Source: Novakomyces olei (lineage: Eukaryota). Taken from it: DNA of 64,000 nucleotides. The translations under genes were made by a program, and so were the position numbers. Of this stretch, positions 28,901 to 40,826 are shown piece after piece. The DNA lies in assembly GCA_016906335.1 (NCBI GenBank), contig JADEYG010000003.1, forward strand, positions 1,550,001 to 1,614,000, in the 5' to 3' direction. The notes beneath the pieces are model-generated. The model ran no database searches. It was given only the letters and a program-made list of their open reading frames with translations, and had not been told where the DNA came from. Every line of letters starts with the position of its first letter. The stretch's first letter is position 1.

Positions 28901-29536
28901 GGGCTCGCATGTATCGGGATCAGCGACTACAGTTTCATAGTCATTTCTACCAAATTTGTTCATGTAAACGCTCTCCAAAGATTTGCTCCGTCCGTCTGTC
29001 AGCACCTGTAAGCTGTCCCTGTCTACGTAACGCAGTTCTACCATACTTGGAACCAGTGCCTTAATTTGGGCCAAATGGTCCCGAGTGAATGTAGTGCCGC
29101 TCAGCTTTTCAACTGCAGTTTTTAAATTTTCAAAAGTTGGGGCCAAGTGTTTGCGAGAACAGAAAAACGTGTAAATCGTACTTAGCGCACGGTGAGTACG
29201 CTCGAGGTCTTGGAAAGATTGGGGCCATTGGGAAGTATCCACTGGCGGGCCGACTCGGCTTTTGGAAGCTGCAGATTTTCGTAGGCTGCCAGATCTTCGA
29301 TCCAGACCTGGGCCAGAGCCAGAATTTGATGAATGCTCGATTTGCCCAGAGGCAGTTTGATCAAGTGGTGCCATCGGTCCCAACCCTGACGGACCCTCAG
29401 ACCCTTTTGCAGATCTTGACCCATCATGATTGCCATAATCCTCAGTCGTACCTTCCACATCTTTACTCACATTTTTTGACTTTTTTCTTGAACTCGGCTG
29501 CCGCCGTCGAGTAGAGCTTCCTCCAGCCAGAGGCAT
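25976..29536 (-). CDS. HRQ1: Hrq1 (RECQL4-like) ATP-dependent helicase, intronless
   Basis: TATSSGKSLIYQ, FPTKALAQDQ, TNPDM, DELHVY, SATISN, ATNALELGVDIG, QQSGRAGRR, HAAEHA and C-terminal C-x-C...GCPEC Zn site. Confidence 0.95.
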   Translation of the reverse strand: MPLAGGSSTRRRQPSSRKKSKNVSKDVEGTTEDYGNHDGSRSAKGSEGPSGLGPMAPLDQTASGQIEHSSNSGSGPGLDRRSGSLRKSAASKSRVGPPVDTSQWPQSFQDLERTHRALSTIYTFFCSRKHLAPTFENLKTAVEKLSGTTFTRDHLAQIKALVPSMVELRYVDRDSLQVLTDGRSKSLESVYMNKFGRNDYETVVADPDTCEPGEFAKIEMVLLFQYRDGELKRKRQPGNSDRSMKMPEFAPGSMTQLIGKRNEKFVQAVACFLDEHSDFALTELLRNAHECMPEKPVEDPRGLSRKPCLEHANSTSNLANTVAQRGSMSEILGQLESQWSQAFPDQQVARATRVFESRSPEFGLLSRRLSQRLIDALYSQRHVSQFYTHQADAINAIWQGQNVIVSTATSSGKSLIYQVPVLDALEQDADTRAMFIFPTKALAQDQKKTLLQLMGAMQLNKYDNLGPNIGQNLDFLAETFDGDTPLANRRQIIDEARVIFTNPDMVHQTILPNEERWRTFLKNLKYIVIDELHVYNGLFGSHVAYVIRRLRRLCATLGNRRVQFVSCSATISNAAQHMQTLTGLESKAITVIDRDGSPSGKRHFVFWNPPLIDVKDPRAGRHSAINETAGIMAALIQRGVRTIAFCRVRKACEVLLSTVRERLRQADANNDNNTSHNNINIGINNDNVSVGLSDRVMSYRGGYSAQDRRQIESDMFAGRLLGIIATNALELGVDIGSLDAVLVCGFPYSVANLRQQSGRAGRRNRDCLTVFVADAFAVDQHYVMNPDDLFSKPLPELQVDLDNTLVVEGHLQCAAKEMPICSADSQYFGANCMRLAAERLLPDPRSNFFHCHPRFEPHPASLVAIRDVEEGHFAIVDVTNARQQRVLEELEPSRASFTIYEGAIYMHQGHKYIVRELNPQSRWAKVIVANVDWTTQQRDFTDTDPVETLYTRSIAWSSKAYYGRVHIRQVVYGYFKIDGKNNILDAVDVDAPPVEIDSRGMWINIPLRAIKVLKCKRINVAASIHAAEHAVLSLIPKFVVSTPGDMRTECKVARKEMQQKESARKRPARLTFYDAKGGAAGSGLSFKAFEFIVPLLQQASCRVMQCPCHQAEGCPECTASTICSGEVLHKVGASVILRVLLDQPIDVDALPMGQEESAEHAARTIVVVDEEMDTGSRVKTEDDDSL

Positions 29537-29807
29537 TACTGTCCTTTGACAGTACTAACCTGTTTTCATTCAGAGTTGTGTAATCAGAGCTCCGTCAACG
29601 AGAACCTTGGCCAGAAAAGGAATAAAAAATAAATTTGACCAAATACGTAGACCCTCGGTAAGGCCTAGTTTAATCGCGCTGACCACTCCTGTTCCAATCA
29701 GCCGTTCACGGACTGGAAATAGGCACGTGAGGACATGAGCTCTGCGTACAAGCGAAAGCTCTAGATCAAGGCTTGCACATCAGCATACACATTGCGTAAA
29801 AGACACT

Positions 29808-29993
<186 letters not shown>

Positions 29994-30027
29994 GCTCCAC
30001 AATGATACAGCGGACGGCATTTTGAAA

Positions 30028-31248
30028 ATGGCCACACGGGACAGGACAGGATTATTCCTGTCGTACCGCGGCGGCTTTTCGCATCAGCCACGGAACGAGC
30101 AGACGGATCGAGAAGATACAATGGCACTTATGGGAAGGCCGTCCCGCGATACAGTCATTGAGATGGACATGTTACCTCCACAATGGGCTGATACGAAGGA
30201 GCAGATTGAGCAAATACTGGCAAACATCCGCGTCGTGACTCAGCGATTAGAGAAACTGTATGCGAAACACGCTCTACCGGGCTTTGATTTCGAGAGCAAA
30301 CGGACTGAGGAGACTCAGATCGAGGATATGACCGCCGAAGTTACACAGGTATAATAACAATTGCATTACATTGAATGGGAGCATTATGCTTTGAACATAA
30401 TTACAAAGTTTGACAAAATCATAGATTTGGCATTCCCTTTTTACATTCTTTTTATTGATCTATTGTTTTTATTATTAACCTTTTTTTTTTTTTTGACTAA
30501 TTAAAAGGGGTTTCGAGAGTGCCATCACCTCATTAAAGCCGTCGGCCGGGGTAAAGGCAGCGAGTTAGAAATGAAGATGGCAAAGAATATGCAAATTGCG
30601 CTTGCACAAAGGGTGCAGGATGAGAGTACAGCTTTTCGGAAGAAGCAGTCGAGATATTTAAAGAGTAATAATTATAACCTTATTTAATTTTTAATATGTT
30701 CATCTTTATTCAAATTTACGTTTATTTCTGTATTTCATACATACTAATTACCAGAATTGCAGGGCTACTCTTCTACTGCAATTTCCGATGCAGATTATTC
30801 CGTACCCGACGAAACGGAAGACGATGTGCAACTTTCAAAATCAACAATAGCGCAACAACAGACACAGGGCTCATTAGCAAACGAAGAAGCGATTTCTGTA
30901 AGAGAACGAGAGATTCAGAATATTGCAAAGGGAATATTAGAGCTGGCCGATATATTTAAAGATTTACAAACAATGGTCCTCGACCAGGGCACGCTGCTTG
31001 ACCGGATCGATTATAATATTGAGCAGACGGTGACGTATGTCAAAGACGCGGATGTGCAATTGGACAAGGCTTCCACGTACCAACGGAGGACGCGTAGACG
31101 GAAACTTATGTTACTACTTGTGCTTATAATTATCGGACTCGTGATTACTCTTATCTTTAAGCCGCGGAGGCACGCTGCATTGCACAGAGTAGTGACCCCA
31201 AAGACGGGCGACGAGGACGGAACGGATTATGATTATAGGTCTTTATAA
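30028..31248 (+). CDS. TLG2: t-SNARE Tlg2 / syntaxin-16, 3 exons
   Basis: N-peptide MATRDRTGLFLSYR, LPPQW, HALPGF, FRKKQSRYLK, SNARE motif REREIQNIAKGILELADIFKDLQTMVLDQGTLLDRIDYNIE, C-terminal TM. Introns 30349-30507 and ~30665-30754. Confidence 0.95.
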
Positions 31249-31426
31249 TGGGATTAGTATTTGTCTATTTTTCTGCACGTGGACTGTTAGACTGGAATTG
31301 TCTTTGGTATATAATTAATTGCCACTAATTTGTACAACGAATCAAAGATGTTGAATGATCTGATAATCATAACCTGAAATCATGACGTGTTTGGGTAGAA
31401 GTATTGAATTGAGTACATCACTTTGA

Positions 31427-31502
31427 GTGTTCAGTCTGCAAAATGTTCAGTCTGCAAAGTGTTCAGTCTGCAAAGTGTTCAGTCTGCAAAGTGTTCAGTC
31501 TG
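31427..31502. repeat. 16-bp tandem repeat (GTGTTCAGTCTGCAAA) x~4.5
   Basis: Direct tandem copies between the convergent TLG2 and BBC1 genes. Confidence 0.9.
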
Positions 31503-31812
31503 TCATTTTGGTATTGAAACAACAATAAAACAAAGATTAAAACATCATTAAAAACAATCAAATAATATCAAGACTGTATCTGATTCTTGCGTATAATCTC
31601 CGACTCTAAATAAAGCCGTTCCTTTATCATTAAAGATACATGCAGACAGATGTGTCTGCAAATACAAATTTAGGCCTATATCAGATCTATTTAAAAGCAA
31701 TAGTAGAATCTAAAAATTTGCGGTAATCTGTATTCATGAAGCACAATTAAGCAAAGAATTAATATTCATTAAAAACTAGATTTAAAAGATATTAAACCCA
31801 TCAAACCCGTGA

Positions 31813-34800
31813 TCAGTCCCAATCCACCCACGACTTTACCTGCACTCGCCAAACGTAGACTTCACCGGATTTCAGATCGCCGAGTCGAAAACTGGTGGCT
31901 GTAACTTTACGCAGTCCATCTCTGCCTTGTTCCAGCACCCTAATTTTCCTCTTGTTTCCCTCCCATTCAACGACAATGCCAGCATGATCAGGTTGACCTA
32001 CATCAACAGCGTATTTTTGATGGAGACCGCCCTTGTGCCCCTGAAATCGAGCACTTCTAAAGGAAACGACATCGCCTGCCCTAATCTCGTCAAGCTGCTG
32101 AACCGAAGAGTTGGCAAGATTGCTGTATATCAAGGACCCGAAGGCTCTGACCCCCACCGGCGGAAGGATACCAGTGCCGCAAGTGACCATTGATTTGCGT
32201 ACAAAAGCCAGAGCGGATCCGTCCCCCACAGTCCGACCCTCTTGGGACTTGGCGGCACGTGATACTTTGGCCCCCACTTTGTGATAGAGTTCTTCAAGCA
32301 GATCCTTTGAGAGCGCAGGTGGGGGCGCAAGGTGCCTCTGTGTCAAATCGGGAGATTCGCCACCAGACTCTCTGGACCATTGAGCAGTCACGACAGTCTG
32401 ACTATAGTCACGGTAGAGTACGTAAACTTCCCTATACAGCCGCCCACCACGCCGGCTGCCATCGTCCACTTCATAGAGCACATCTTTAGATTTTCTTTGC
32501 GCAATTGCTGGTGGGGGCGCAGAGGGCTGTAGCCACCAGCGACAAGTGGGGGCCAAGTCCACATCTTTGGCCAGAAACGCTTGACCAATATTCGGAATAG
32601 CTTCAAAGCCACGGGAAAGCGTTCGGCTGGCAGCCAATTGTTCGGCTTCTCTTTCAGTAACAGTCCGGATCCTTGTGGGTACAATTGCCTCTGTGTCTGT
32701 ATCGGCCTCCTCACTAACGCCTTCCCGACGAGTCAAGTCTGTATCGTCATCGTCTGCTTCGTATCCTTCCGCTTCCTCGCCGGCATTTCCGGCAGAGGAA
32801 GCGGGTGTTCCGATACTAGAAGCCGAAACTGACGGCTGAGCCGACGAGGTGTGGGGCACCGGCACTGATCGATTGGACCCAACCCCACCCCCACCCCCAC
32901 TTTCCTGTGGGGGCGGTGGAGGTGGGGGTCGGGAGGAAGGAGAGGCAGTGCTGGGAACAGGTGGCGCGTGCATTCGTGGCACATGCGGAGGATTAGTAGG
33001 GACAGGTGGGGGTGCATGTGGGGGTGCATGTGGGGGCGCAAGTGGGGGCGCAAGTGGGGGTCCAAGTGGGGGTCCATGTGGGGGCGCAAGTGGGGGCGCA
33101 AGTGGGGGTCCATGTGGGGGTCCATGTGGGGGCGCAAGTGGGGGCGCAAGTGGGGGTCCATGTGGGGGTGCATGTGGGGGTCCAAGTGGGGGTAATGTTG
33201 AAGGGGGAACTGGTGGGGGTACAGCATGAGGAATTGGTGGGGGCGCACTTGTAACAGGCACAGGTGGGGGCGCACTTGTGACAGGAACAGGTGGGGGCCC
33301 AGTCGGGTGAGGAATCGGGACGGCGGCTTCCGGCTCTGGCGGAGGTGGGACATGCGGCCTCGCCATCGGCTTTTCCGCCGTACCCTCTGACGTCGGCCGG
33401 GCAGTAGTCACCAAAGGCACAGACGGCCGAGCAGTCGGAACTGGCGGTCTCGGTGGTTCCGCACGACGCACTGGCTCGGTGGGGGCCGGTCGGGTTGCTG
33501 GCACTGGTGGGGGTACCTGTCTCGGTGGGGGTACTTGTCTCGGTGGGGGTACTTGTCTCGGTGGGGGTACTTGTCTCGGTGGGGGTACTTGTCTCGGTGG
33601 GGGTACCTCCCTCGGCTCTGGCCGTACACGTGGCGGCACCGCCAGCGGCGGCTCTTCTTTAATATTGCTGCCACTGTCATCCTGCTCCTGCTCCTCTGGT
33701 TCCTCATTGAAAACCTCTCCACCGTACCCAAAGGACCCGATAATCGGAGCCGATTGATCCCGAGAAAGACGGCGATTGGCAGCACTCGTGTTGGACAGAG
33801 ATCGGGACAAACCGGACTCGGAAGACTCCCGACTTGCCACTGACGGCCTTCTCGGAGGAAGAATACTTTTACTGGCCGATCTTTCCAGCGATTTTGATTC
33901 GTCTCTGGTTTTTGCTTCTCTGTCTTGTTCCTTTTCTATACTCTTCTCGGCCGAGTCCGATCCTTCTTCTCCCCTTGTCGCCATTGATCCCGACGACAAC
34001 GATGGCGGAGCCGGTCCCAATCCCGGCATTACCGGCACAAACTGCGGCTGGTCCGCAGCTTCGGCTTCTCCGATACTCTGCCGAGGCTTTGCAGTCCGAC
34101 GAGGAGCCGACTGAGCTGCCGGTGTCGGCATTCCAAACATCATATTCATTCCCATTCCGCCCGACATACGCGCCATTCGGGCTCTTATTGCCTCCCGTCG
34201 AGCTTCTTCTTCATCAACTGCTGATTCGTCCTCGTCATCTTCATCCTCATTTTCCTCTTCTTTTTGCTGCTGTTGCTGTTGTTTTTGTAGTTGTTCATAA
34301 TTGCCGTCCGCTTTTGTTTCGGTATTTTCATCATCGTCTTCTTCACTCTGCGATTCGTCGTTTGATTCGTCGTTTGATTCGTCGTTTGATTCGTCGTTTG
34401 ATTCGTCGTGACTCTGGCCGGCAAAGACGCCGAATCCAACGGCTTCTCCGGCTCACCCGACCCTTCCCGGTCAGCGTTGCTGGCAAAAGCATCATCGGGA
34501 CTCTCTCCCGACCCGGCTGAAGCCTTGTCTTGCAGGGATAAACGGTCTAATGCAGCCGTAGTCGTCGTCTCCAATGGCACTGTCGAAGACTCTCCCGAGG
34601 GTTCTCGTGCCTTTACGTTAGAGTTAGCTCCGGTATCCTGACCCGACAGCTCCATCTGCGGCTCTGTCTCTGCCGGGTTTTCCGGTCGGCTTTCCCGGCT
34701 TTCACTCGGCGCCCGTTTTTGGCTGTGCGCTTTGGCCTTGCGTTCACGCTCCAACGCGCGCTGCTGCGACTCGCGTAATTGCGCAATTCTGTCGCGTAAC

Positions 34801-35821
34801 GAGCCAATAGGCTGCTCTGGCTCGAACCGATCGGAACCCCGCACAATATCGGCACCAGGAGCACCGGAAGCGCCGGGACTGTTTACTGGCGAAATAGGAG
34901 AATGGTGCCTAACCTGGGAGTCACGCCGTTGAGCATTTTGAGGAGTTATCGGAGAAGTTTCCACCCGATTAAACGCGGCAATTCGTTCACGGAAGGCGTT
35001 CTTGGAAGCGGAAGAAGGCGTCGAATTTAAAGGTGCATCTTCCGCCGCCGCAGTAGAAGCACCGGAAAACCCGCTGACCTGTTTACCAGTCTCATGCTGC
35101 GGTGTTGCCACAGACGGAAAAGCCGTCGGCTTTTCCGCACGTGTCGCTGAAGTATCCAGCGAGGGCACTATCGTCAGTACTGAAACACGTTGGACACTCG
35201 AACAATCGTGATAGAATAATGTATAAACAAAACAAATAGTTTAAAAAAGGCAACAACTAAATAAAAATAAATGAAAATTAATAAATAAAAAGAGATTAAT
35301 TGCATTCAATTTGCAAACGTACATTTAGGAGCAGCTGTACCAACGTTTGGGCCAGCTGGTAGCGGATGACTAGACGAATCCTCCAAACCCTTACCCGTCG
35401 ATTTGCCGTCACTCGGCAGATCCCCACCCGGGGCAATATCTGCCGGCCGAGTTTCGTCAACGGCTCCGTCTTTTTCTTCGCCATCATCAGCGTCCTCGTA
35501 AGTATCGCTCAATGTTGCTTCATCCTCGTCGTCACGTTTATCGGACTGAGGCTGGCTCGCTGGAGCGGCTGACCCAGACTCGGGATTCGTCCCGGTTTCG
35601 GCCTCTACGCCGGTCTCTGGCAGGGCCTCTACGAAATTGGCTGGGAAAATACCAGCACGGGTCGTGCCAGGTTCCGGTTCGTATTCCCCGTAAAGCCAGT
35701 CGCCGTCGATGCGCCGAGTAACATGGATCTTTGCGCCCTCTGCGAAACTCAGATCTTCGTGGTGCGATGAGGCATAGTCATAGAGAGCTCTAACGTGAGG
35801 GGGGAAATCTTGGTCCGACAT
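31813..35821 (-). CDS. BBC1: Bbc1/Mti1 SH3 + proline-rich myosin-tail-interacting protein; reading frame broken near 34410
   Basis: N-terminal SH3 ([17 protein letters not shown]...DWLYGEY...GIFPANFVE), [38 protein letters not shown], poly-Pro region, C-terminal [34 protein letters not shown]. Intron 35169-35322. Confidence 0.88.
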
Positions 35822-36013
35822 TGTTTTGAAAAATGCCGCGCTGCTAAGCACGAGCGGCAGCGCTGCCGCTCAAGCTCGAATTCAAGTCTTGAAATTGGCG
35901 TTGCTGGTGGGCAGATATGGTTGTTGGGGTATACTTGTACGATGATGTATATAGTATCACAGTAGTAGGAATATTACATGTTCGGGGACTACACCTTAAC
36001 ATTAAATGATAAT

Positions 36014-36048
36014 AGGGTTAGTTAGGGCTAGGGTTAGTTAGGGTTAGT
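36014..36048. promoter_or_regulatory. TTAGGG-type box cluster upstream of BBC1
   Basis: tagggttagttagggctagggttagttagggttag ~200 bp upstream of the ATG. Confidence 0.55.
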
Positions 36049-36816
36049 TTATTTGCTGCTACATTATAAATACGCAAGACATTTCGTACAATTAAAAGCG
36101 TGTCCGTCCTCTCAGTCTTGAAGGAGATTTGGAATAACCATTATTTTTTGATGCCAATTACATTATGAATCCTTACGAATCTAATTCTTGTTTGTATACG
36201 TGAAGATCTTGCACTCTTTTGCTACGTTCTGCACGGTACGCTTGCGCCCTGCAAACTAAATCCAAATATATTGCTTTATGTCTCAACCCCTCGTTCACAT
36301 TATAATCCACAGACGCCTACTAGACAAAAAAATACAAACTGAAAAAAAACGCCTAAACAGCGAGCAAAAGGTATCATTGCGTGGACTCAGACACAGATTA
36401 TCGACCATTAAATACGTGCAAATACAATACAGATAAAATATGTTTACTTTTTCTTCAAAAAGCGCATATTTCAGCCCTTACAGACGACATGCAAGCCAGT
36501 ACTTCAACAAAAATCCACACCGTATGCGCCTTCAAACTTTGCTGACGCCACGGAGGAACCGTGCCGCTAACCATATCCAATATTAACAAGTAACAAGCCG
36601 CCTGAATAATTAGTGATAAGCAACTTCAAAAAATGCGAATGCAGGAAATTTATCAGATATCTGTTCTCTATTCCGCTCATGTATTCTCAAGAACCTTTTA
36701 CGTAAATAACAAAAGGAGCCAGTATGTCGCACAATTAACTTCAAATCAACGCTCATCACACCAAAATTCCTGCAGTAAAAGATGCCAAGGCCAACCTTAC
36801 CCCTTTCAATCGCATC

Positions 36817-39711
36817 TCATCCACGGAAATACTGAGCAATATTATGAGCACGATCAATCAGTATAGGGAAAAATGCATTCATGCTCTCGTTTATAAGCTG
36901 GGAAAAGTATTTGATCACGTCCTCGTCCGACATGTCCAAACAAAATCTTTCCTTGACCTGATATATTAGAGGCGGAAAAACAATAAAAGTTTGATTTACC
37001 TTCATAACAGCCTTCTCTGGCTCAATATTGATATCGGGAATATTCGCTTTCTGCATAAGCGCAAACAGATTAAGAATGAGATTAACATGCTTGCGCAGGA
37101 TCATGAGCGCGGTAAAGCAAAAAGAACAAAACTGTCCGTACGACTCGCTCTGCTGCCCTCCCATCCCGTCCACGATTTCTCGAGAAAGTTTCATCAGTGG
37201 CGAAAAAGGTTTAGGATCACGGCCAAGGATGAATCCAAAATCAATATGGAAAAATCGACCATCCAGGGTCAGCATCAAATTCTCCAAATGCCGGTCGCCG
37301 ACACCGAGAAGGTACGTAATAACACAGTAGCCAGCACAGCTTTTAACGTAATTTTCCATTGCCCGAGGCTCAACGCCCAATGGAGCCAATGAGTCAGGAT
37401 TGTGCTTTTGTAAAAATGTTAAAATCGATCCATTGTTCTCTGAAAGCACGGCAGACAGTGTTGAGCTCGGAATGAACTGAACGGCTCCGTGAGTGGCACC
37501 AGTTGCCAAAATTCGGTACGGGGTAAGTCTCAAATCGAGGTTTTCTTTACGCAGCAGCTGATCCATCAGAGTAATTATCTGCATAACTAACTGGTCCTGT
37601 CGCAAATCGTCACCACTCTTGAAAATAATGGGATAAGTGCCTCCTTCAAAAGTACGAAACTCGATCTTTAAGGGACTAAGACTGCTTTTGAAGACAGTAG
37701 AGCTTTGCGCATTAACGCCGACCACAGAAACGTTAGGATCGAGTGGGAGGGGTAAAGGCTCAAACTCGGAAATGCCTCGGCCAACACTGCTGCTAGCAAC
37801 AGCAGCGGTATTCTGACTGCCATCAGCGGTTGCCAGATGACCTACATCGCCAGCCAGAAAGCTTCTCAGCTTTTCGATTTTTTTAAGTCTAGTTTCCTTG
37901 CTGGTTTTAACCAGTTGTGCTGCTTTAAGTAACGTACCAACCAACTCTGCCTGCCTCTTTAATATCTCTTGCCGAGCTGGTCCATCCGGCTGTTTACCCA
38001 GCGTCTTCATATACTGGTAAGCCACTTTAGCAAAAAGTTTTCCTCCCAGCCTGTCCTCACATTCTACCATGAGGTACCAGTGCAAATCGTTGCCGATAAC
38101 GAAATCCTGGATAGATATGTCTATAAGAAACTTTGCCAATGGACTCGATTGTCGATGGTGCCGATGATGGTTTTGGTTTTCGCCTTGATTTTGGCCTTGG
38201 TTTTGGTTTTGATGATGATGATGATGTTTGTGCTGTCTATTGCGAGGCCGTTTAGACCATTGTGATCTTTTTACAGCGATATCATCAACGTCCGCTTGGT
38301 CATCATTATCGTTATCATTATCAAGATCGTTATCATCATTATCAGACGCATGATCAACATCAATGCTCTCTTCGATATATTCGCCCTGCTGCACCTTGCT
38401 TCTTTTCATTTTAACCGCTTCTGCCTCATCTGCTTCTCCTGTTTTTTCTTTTTCCTCGTCTGCCGTCCGTTGCTGTAAATGACCCAGATCAGATGTAAGT
38501 TCGGGCTCGTACCTTAAAGCTTGCACAAGCTGAAGAAGATAGAGGCGGACTTCGTCTCGGCCAGCTGTACGAAGCCGGGCAACGGCATAGGAGCGGACAG
38601 CAGGATGTGTAAAAGCCGGCCCCAACAATTCCAGAGCATCATCTACATCGATCTCTGTCCAGCGAGACAATAAATCAATAGCCTGACGAACTTCCTGAGC
38701 GTCTGACCATTCAACGGCCTTTAAAAACTTTGTCAGTGCCCTTTTATCCCGGAGCAGGTAGAACCTGTACTTCCAAACCAAATCTTTTTCCTCCATCGTC
38801 AAATCTTGAGTTGGGGAAAAGTTGAGTATATCATTCAACTCGTCTCGCACTTTAGGATCTGGTTTAAGTTCCCGATCAAGCGGACTGTTTCGGTGAGAGC
38901 GGACGAGTCGCCGATGCTTCAACTCTACACAGTTATCATACGTCATATCCAAATCAACCACTAATCTGAGGTGTGAAGGAGCGGGTACTTCTTTGCCCAA
39001 TTTGCCAGCGCTGCGACCGGCAGACGGTAGCAGTCTCGCTGGGGCCTCAGCGTAAAGCACAGACGCATCAAACCGAACACATTCAACGTACAAGTAACAT
39101 TCGTGCGGGCCCAAAACCTGAGCATGGTGGATCCTTTCAATTTCACGAAAAGCCAAATTGTCCAGCCAATCAAGCCGTGGCATTTCTCGGAACTCGTGCT
39201 GTTTCACGAGGTACTCTAGCCTGTCCATCTCGGTCCGCTTCTCTACTTTACCTGGCGTGCCTTGCACACTGCCCGCCTGGCCGGGCCAGACATGAAGCTT
39301 TTGTCTACCGGCAGCAAGGCATTTGGTGTCGGGATCAAACAGCGCCAGGCAGGTGCCGCCACAGACTTGGCCGTTGTCACTGCCGGCCGAATTGCGTCGC
39401 AGAGTGAAACAAAAGGCAGCACTTTCCGGTAAATGTGCAACACTTATCGGCAGCTGCAGCCATTCGTTCCAAACTTTAGTAGAGTCTTTTGTGTTCCTTT
39501 TTGCAGGGTTTTCTGTGGACTCTGTTTGCGGCTGGTACCGCGTCCCGACGGCTTCGAAAAGAGTGCGGCCATCGGCCACGAGTGAGACTTCACACGATAC
39601 ATCACCCGCACTGCCTTCAAGATCCAGGCTGCGAGCTTGGAAACTGCCGATCCGGACACAGAGCGGGAAAGGGATCTGGTACGACAGACAAAAGCTGTGT
39701 GTGATACTCAT
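36817..39711 (-). CDS. VPS34: Class III PI3-kinase Vps34
   Basis: C2 (WNEWLQLPI), PIK helical (EKDLVWKYRFYL, DALELL, LYLLQLVQAL), kinase IFKSGDDLRQDQL, YLLGVGDRHLEN, HIDFGFILGRDPKP, terminal AQYFR; 42-nt in-frame intron ~36958-36999. Confidence 0.97.
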   Translation of the reverse strand: MSITHSFCLSYQIPFPLCVRIGSFQARSLDLEGSAGDVSCEVSLVADGRTLFEAVGTRYQPQTESTENPAKRNTKDSTKVWNEWLQLPISVAHLPESAAFCFTLRRNSAGSDNGQVCGGTCLALFDPDTKCLAAGRQKLHVWPGQAGSVQGTPGKVEKRTEMDRLEYLVKQHEFREMPRLDWLDNLAFREIERIHHAQVLGPHECYLYVECVRFDASVLYAEAPARLLPSAGRSAGKLGKEVPAPSHLRLVVDLDMTYDNCVELKHRRLVRSHRNSPLDRELKPDPKVRDELNDILNFSPTQDLTMEEKDLVWKYRFYLLRDKRALTKFLKAVEWSDAQEVRQAIDLLSRWTEIDVDDALELLGPAFTHPAVRSYAVARLRTAGRDEVRLYLLQLVQALRYEPELTSDLGHLQQRTADEEKEKTGEADEAEAVKMKRSKVQQGEYIEESIDVDHASDNDDNDLDNDNDNDDQADVDDIAVKRSQWSKRPRNRQHKHHHHHQNQNQGQNQGENQNHHRHHRQSSPLAKFLIDISIQDFVIGNDLHWYLMVECEDRLGGKLFAKVAYQYMKTLGKQPDGPARQEILKRQAELVGTLLKAAQLVKTSKETRLKKIEKLRSFLAGDVGHLATADGSQNTAAVASSSVGRGISEFEPLPLPLDPNVSVVGVNAQSSTVFKSSLSPLKIEFRTFEGGTYPIIFKSGDDLRQDQLVMQIITLMDQLLRKENLDLRLTPYRILATGATHGAVQFIPSSTLSAVLSENNGSILTFLQKHNPDSLAPLGVEPRAMENYVKSCAGYCVITYLLGVGDRHLENLMLTLDGRFFHIDFGFILGRDPKPFSPLMKLSREIVDGMGGQQSESYGQFCSFCFTALMILRKHVNLILNLFALMQKANIPDINIEPEKAVMKVNQTFIVFPPLIYQVKERFCLDMSDEDVIKYFSQLINESMNAFFPILIDRAHNIAQYFRG

Positions 39712-40019
39712 CTTTCTATCCTGTCAACAGCATCTTTAACCGGTCGGTAACAGTTGGATTGACAAAACAATTGCAAATAAATGATGTCAGAACGGCCGAG
39801 TGTAGACAATGTCGGTGCCGATTAGACAGATACAGCTCGTATTTGAGAAAAAAATGAAAAGTTAAAGGTCAGCGTAAAACCGTGCACAGAGCGGAAGCGG
39901 AGTTGGCGGGCAAACTGACCGAGTGTCCTATGGCCGAGTGCTTTATGATCTATACACTACGATAGACAGTGCAGTGGCAGAAGAGTATGTGACGAAGTAT
40001 AATTTGAATAGTAAGATTT

Positions 40020-40090
40020 GTTAGGGTTAGTTAGGGTTATATAGGGTTTAATTTATGTTGTTTTAAGTTTGTCGTAGCGCAAGGGTTAAG
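40020..40090. promoter_or_regulatory. TTAGGG-type box cluster in the divergent VPS34/RTR1 promoter
   Basis: ttagggttagttagggttatatagggttta...aagggttaag. Confidence 0.55.
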
Positions 40091-40105
40091 CGTGCAGGCT
40101 CCGTA

Positions 40106-40826
40106 ATGGCTCCACAAATGCCCACGGCGGACGCTTTGCGAGAAGCGCAAGCGCGCCTTAAAGCGGAAGAACAGACTCTTTACTGGATTGAGCGGCTGAT
40201 AGAGCCGCGGACTTGTGCATACGATCTTCGTCGAGGAGTATGTCTGACCTTTTCAAATTAATTAATCTCTGGCTTACAGTAGGCTCGCTATTTACGGGTC
40301 GCAGACTATGCTGAGATTGTAGCGGAACGACGCCTCGCTCATTTGTGCGGATACCCTCTATGTGCCGAGCGGAATAGAGTAAGACAACGAAAAGGCTGGA
40401 AAAATGAAAAAGTAAAAGGCAAACAAGATGAAGGAGAATGGTTCAGAGGATATAACAATTATGCTTTTTATCTCTAATTTAATGCTTATATTGAAGGACG
40501 ATGTGACCCGTTTACGACCACAGTACCGTCCCTTTTGTTCGCTTGTCTGTTATAAAGCTTCAGCTTATTATGCAGCTCAACTCTCTAATGAACCTATTTG
40601 GCTTCGTCACGAAATGGATGAACCTCCGCTGGAATCGCACTGGGACCGTAATATACGCCTAAGTGCTAGTGCACAAGAGCCTTTGTCTCAAGAGTCTCGA
40701 GCTCAAAGTGAGCAAAGCATGACTAGAGTGGTTCCATCAGATACGCAAGTAAATGAACTGATCCGGAGTCTAACACTGGCGCCTGCTGTGGGCGGCATTA
40801 TGAGCGATCGAGTTGTGGAAAAATAA
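40106..40826 (+). CDS. RTR1: Rtr1/RPAP2 RNA Pol II CTD phosphatase-like Zn protein, 3 exons
   Basis: DYAEIVAERRLAHLCGYPLC ... FCSLVCYKASAYYAAQLSNEPIWLR. Confidence 0.85.

Noticed and set aside
29552-29574. Perfect TACTAAC...CAG on the + strand just upstream of HRQ1
   Set aside because: No matching donor/exon identified; antisense to the HRQ1 leader, likely chance.
38150-38480. His/Gln/Asp-rich insertion in Vps34
   Set aside because: Low-complexity loop insertions at this position are common in fungal Vps34.
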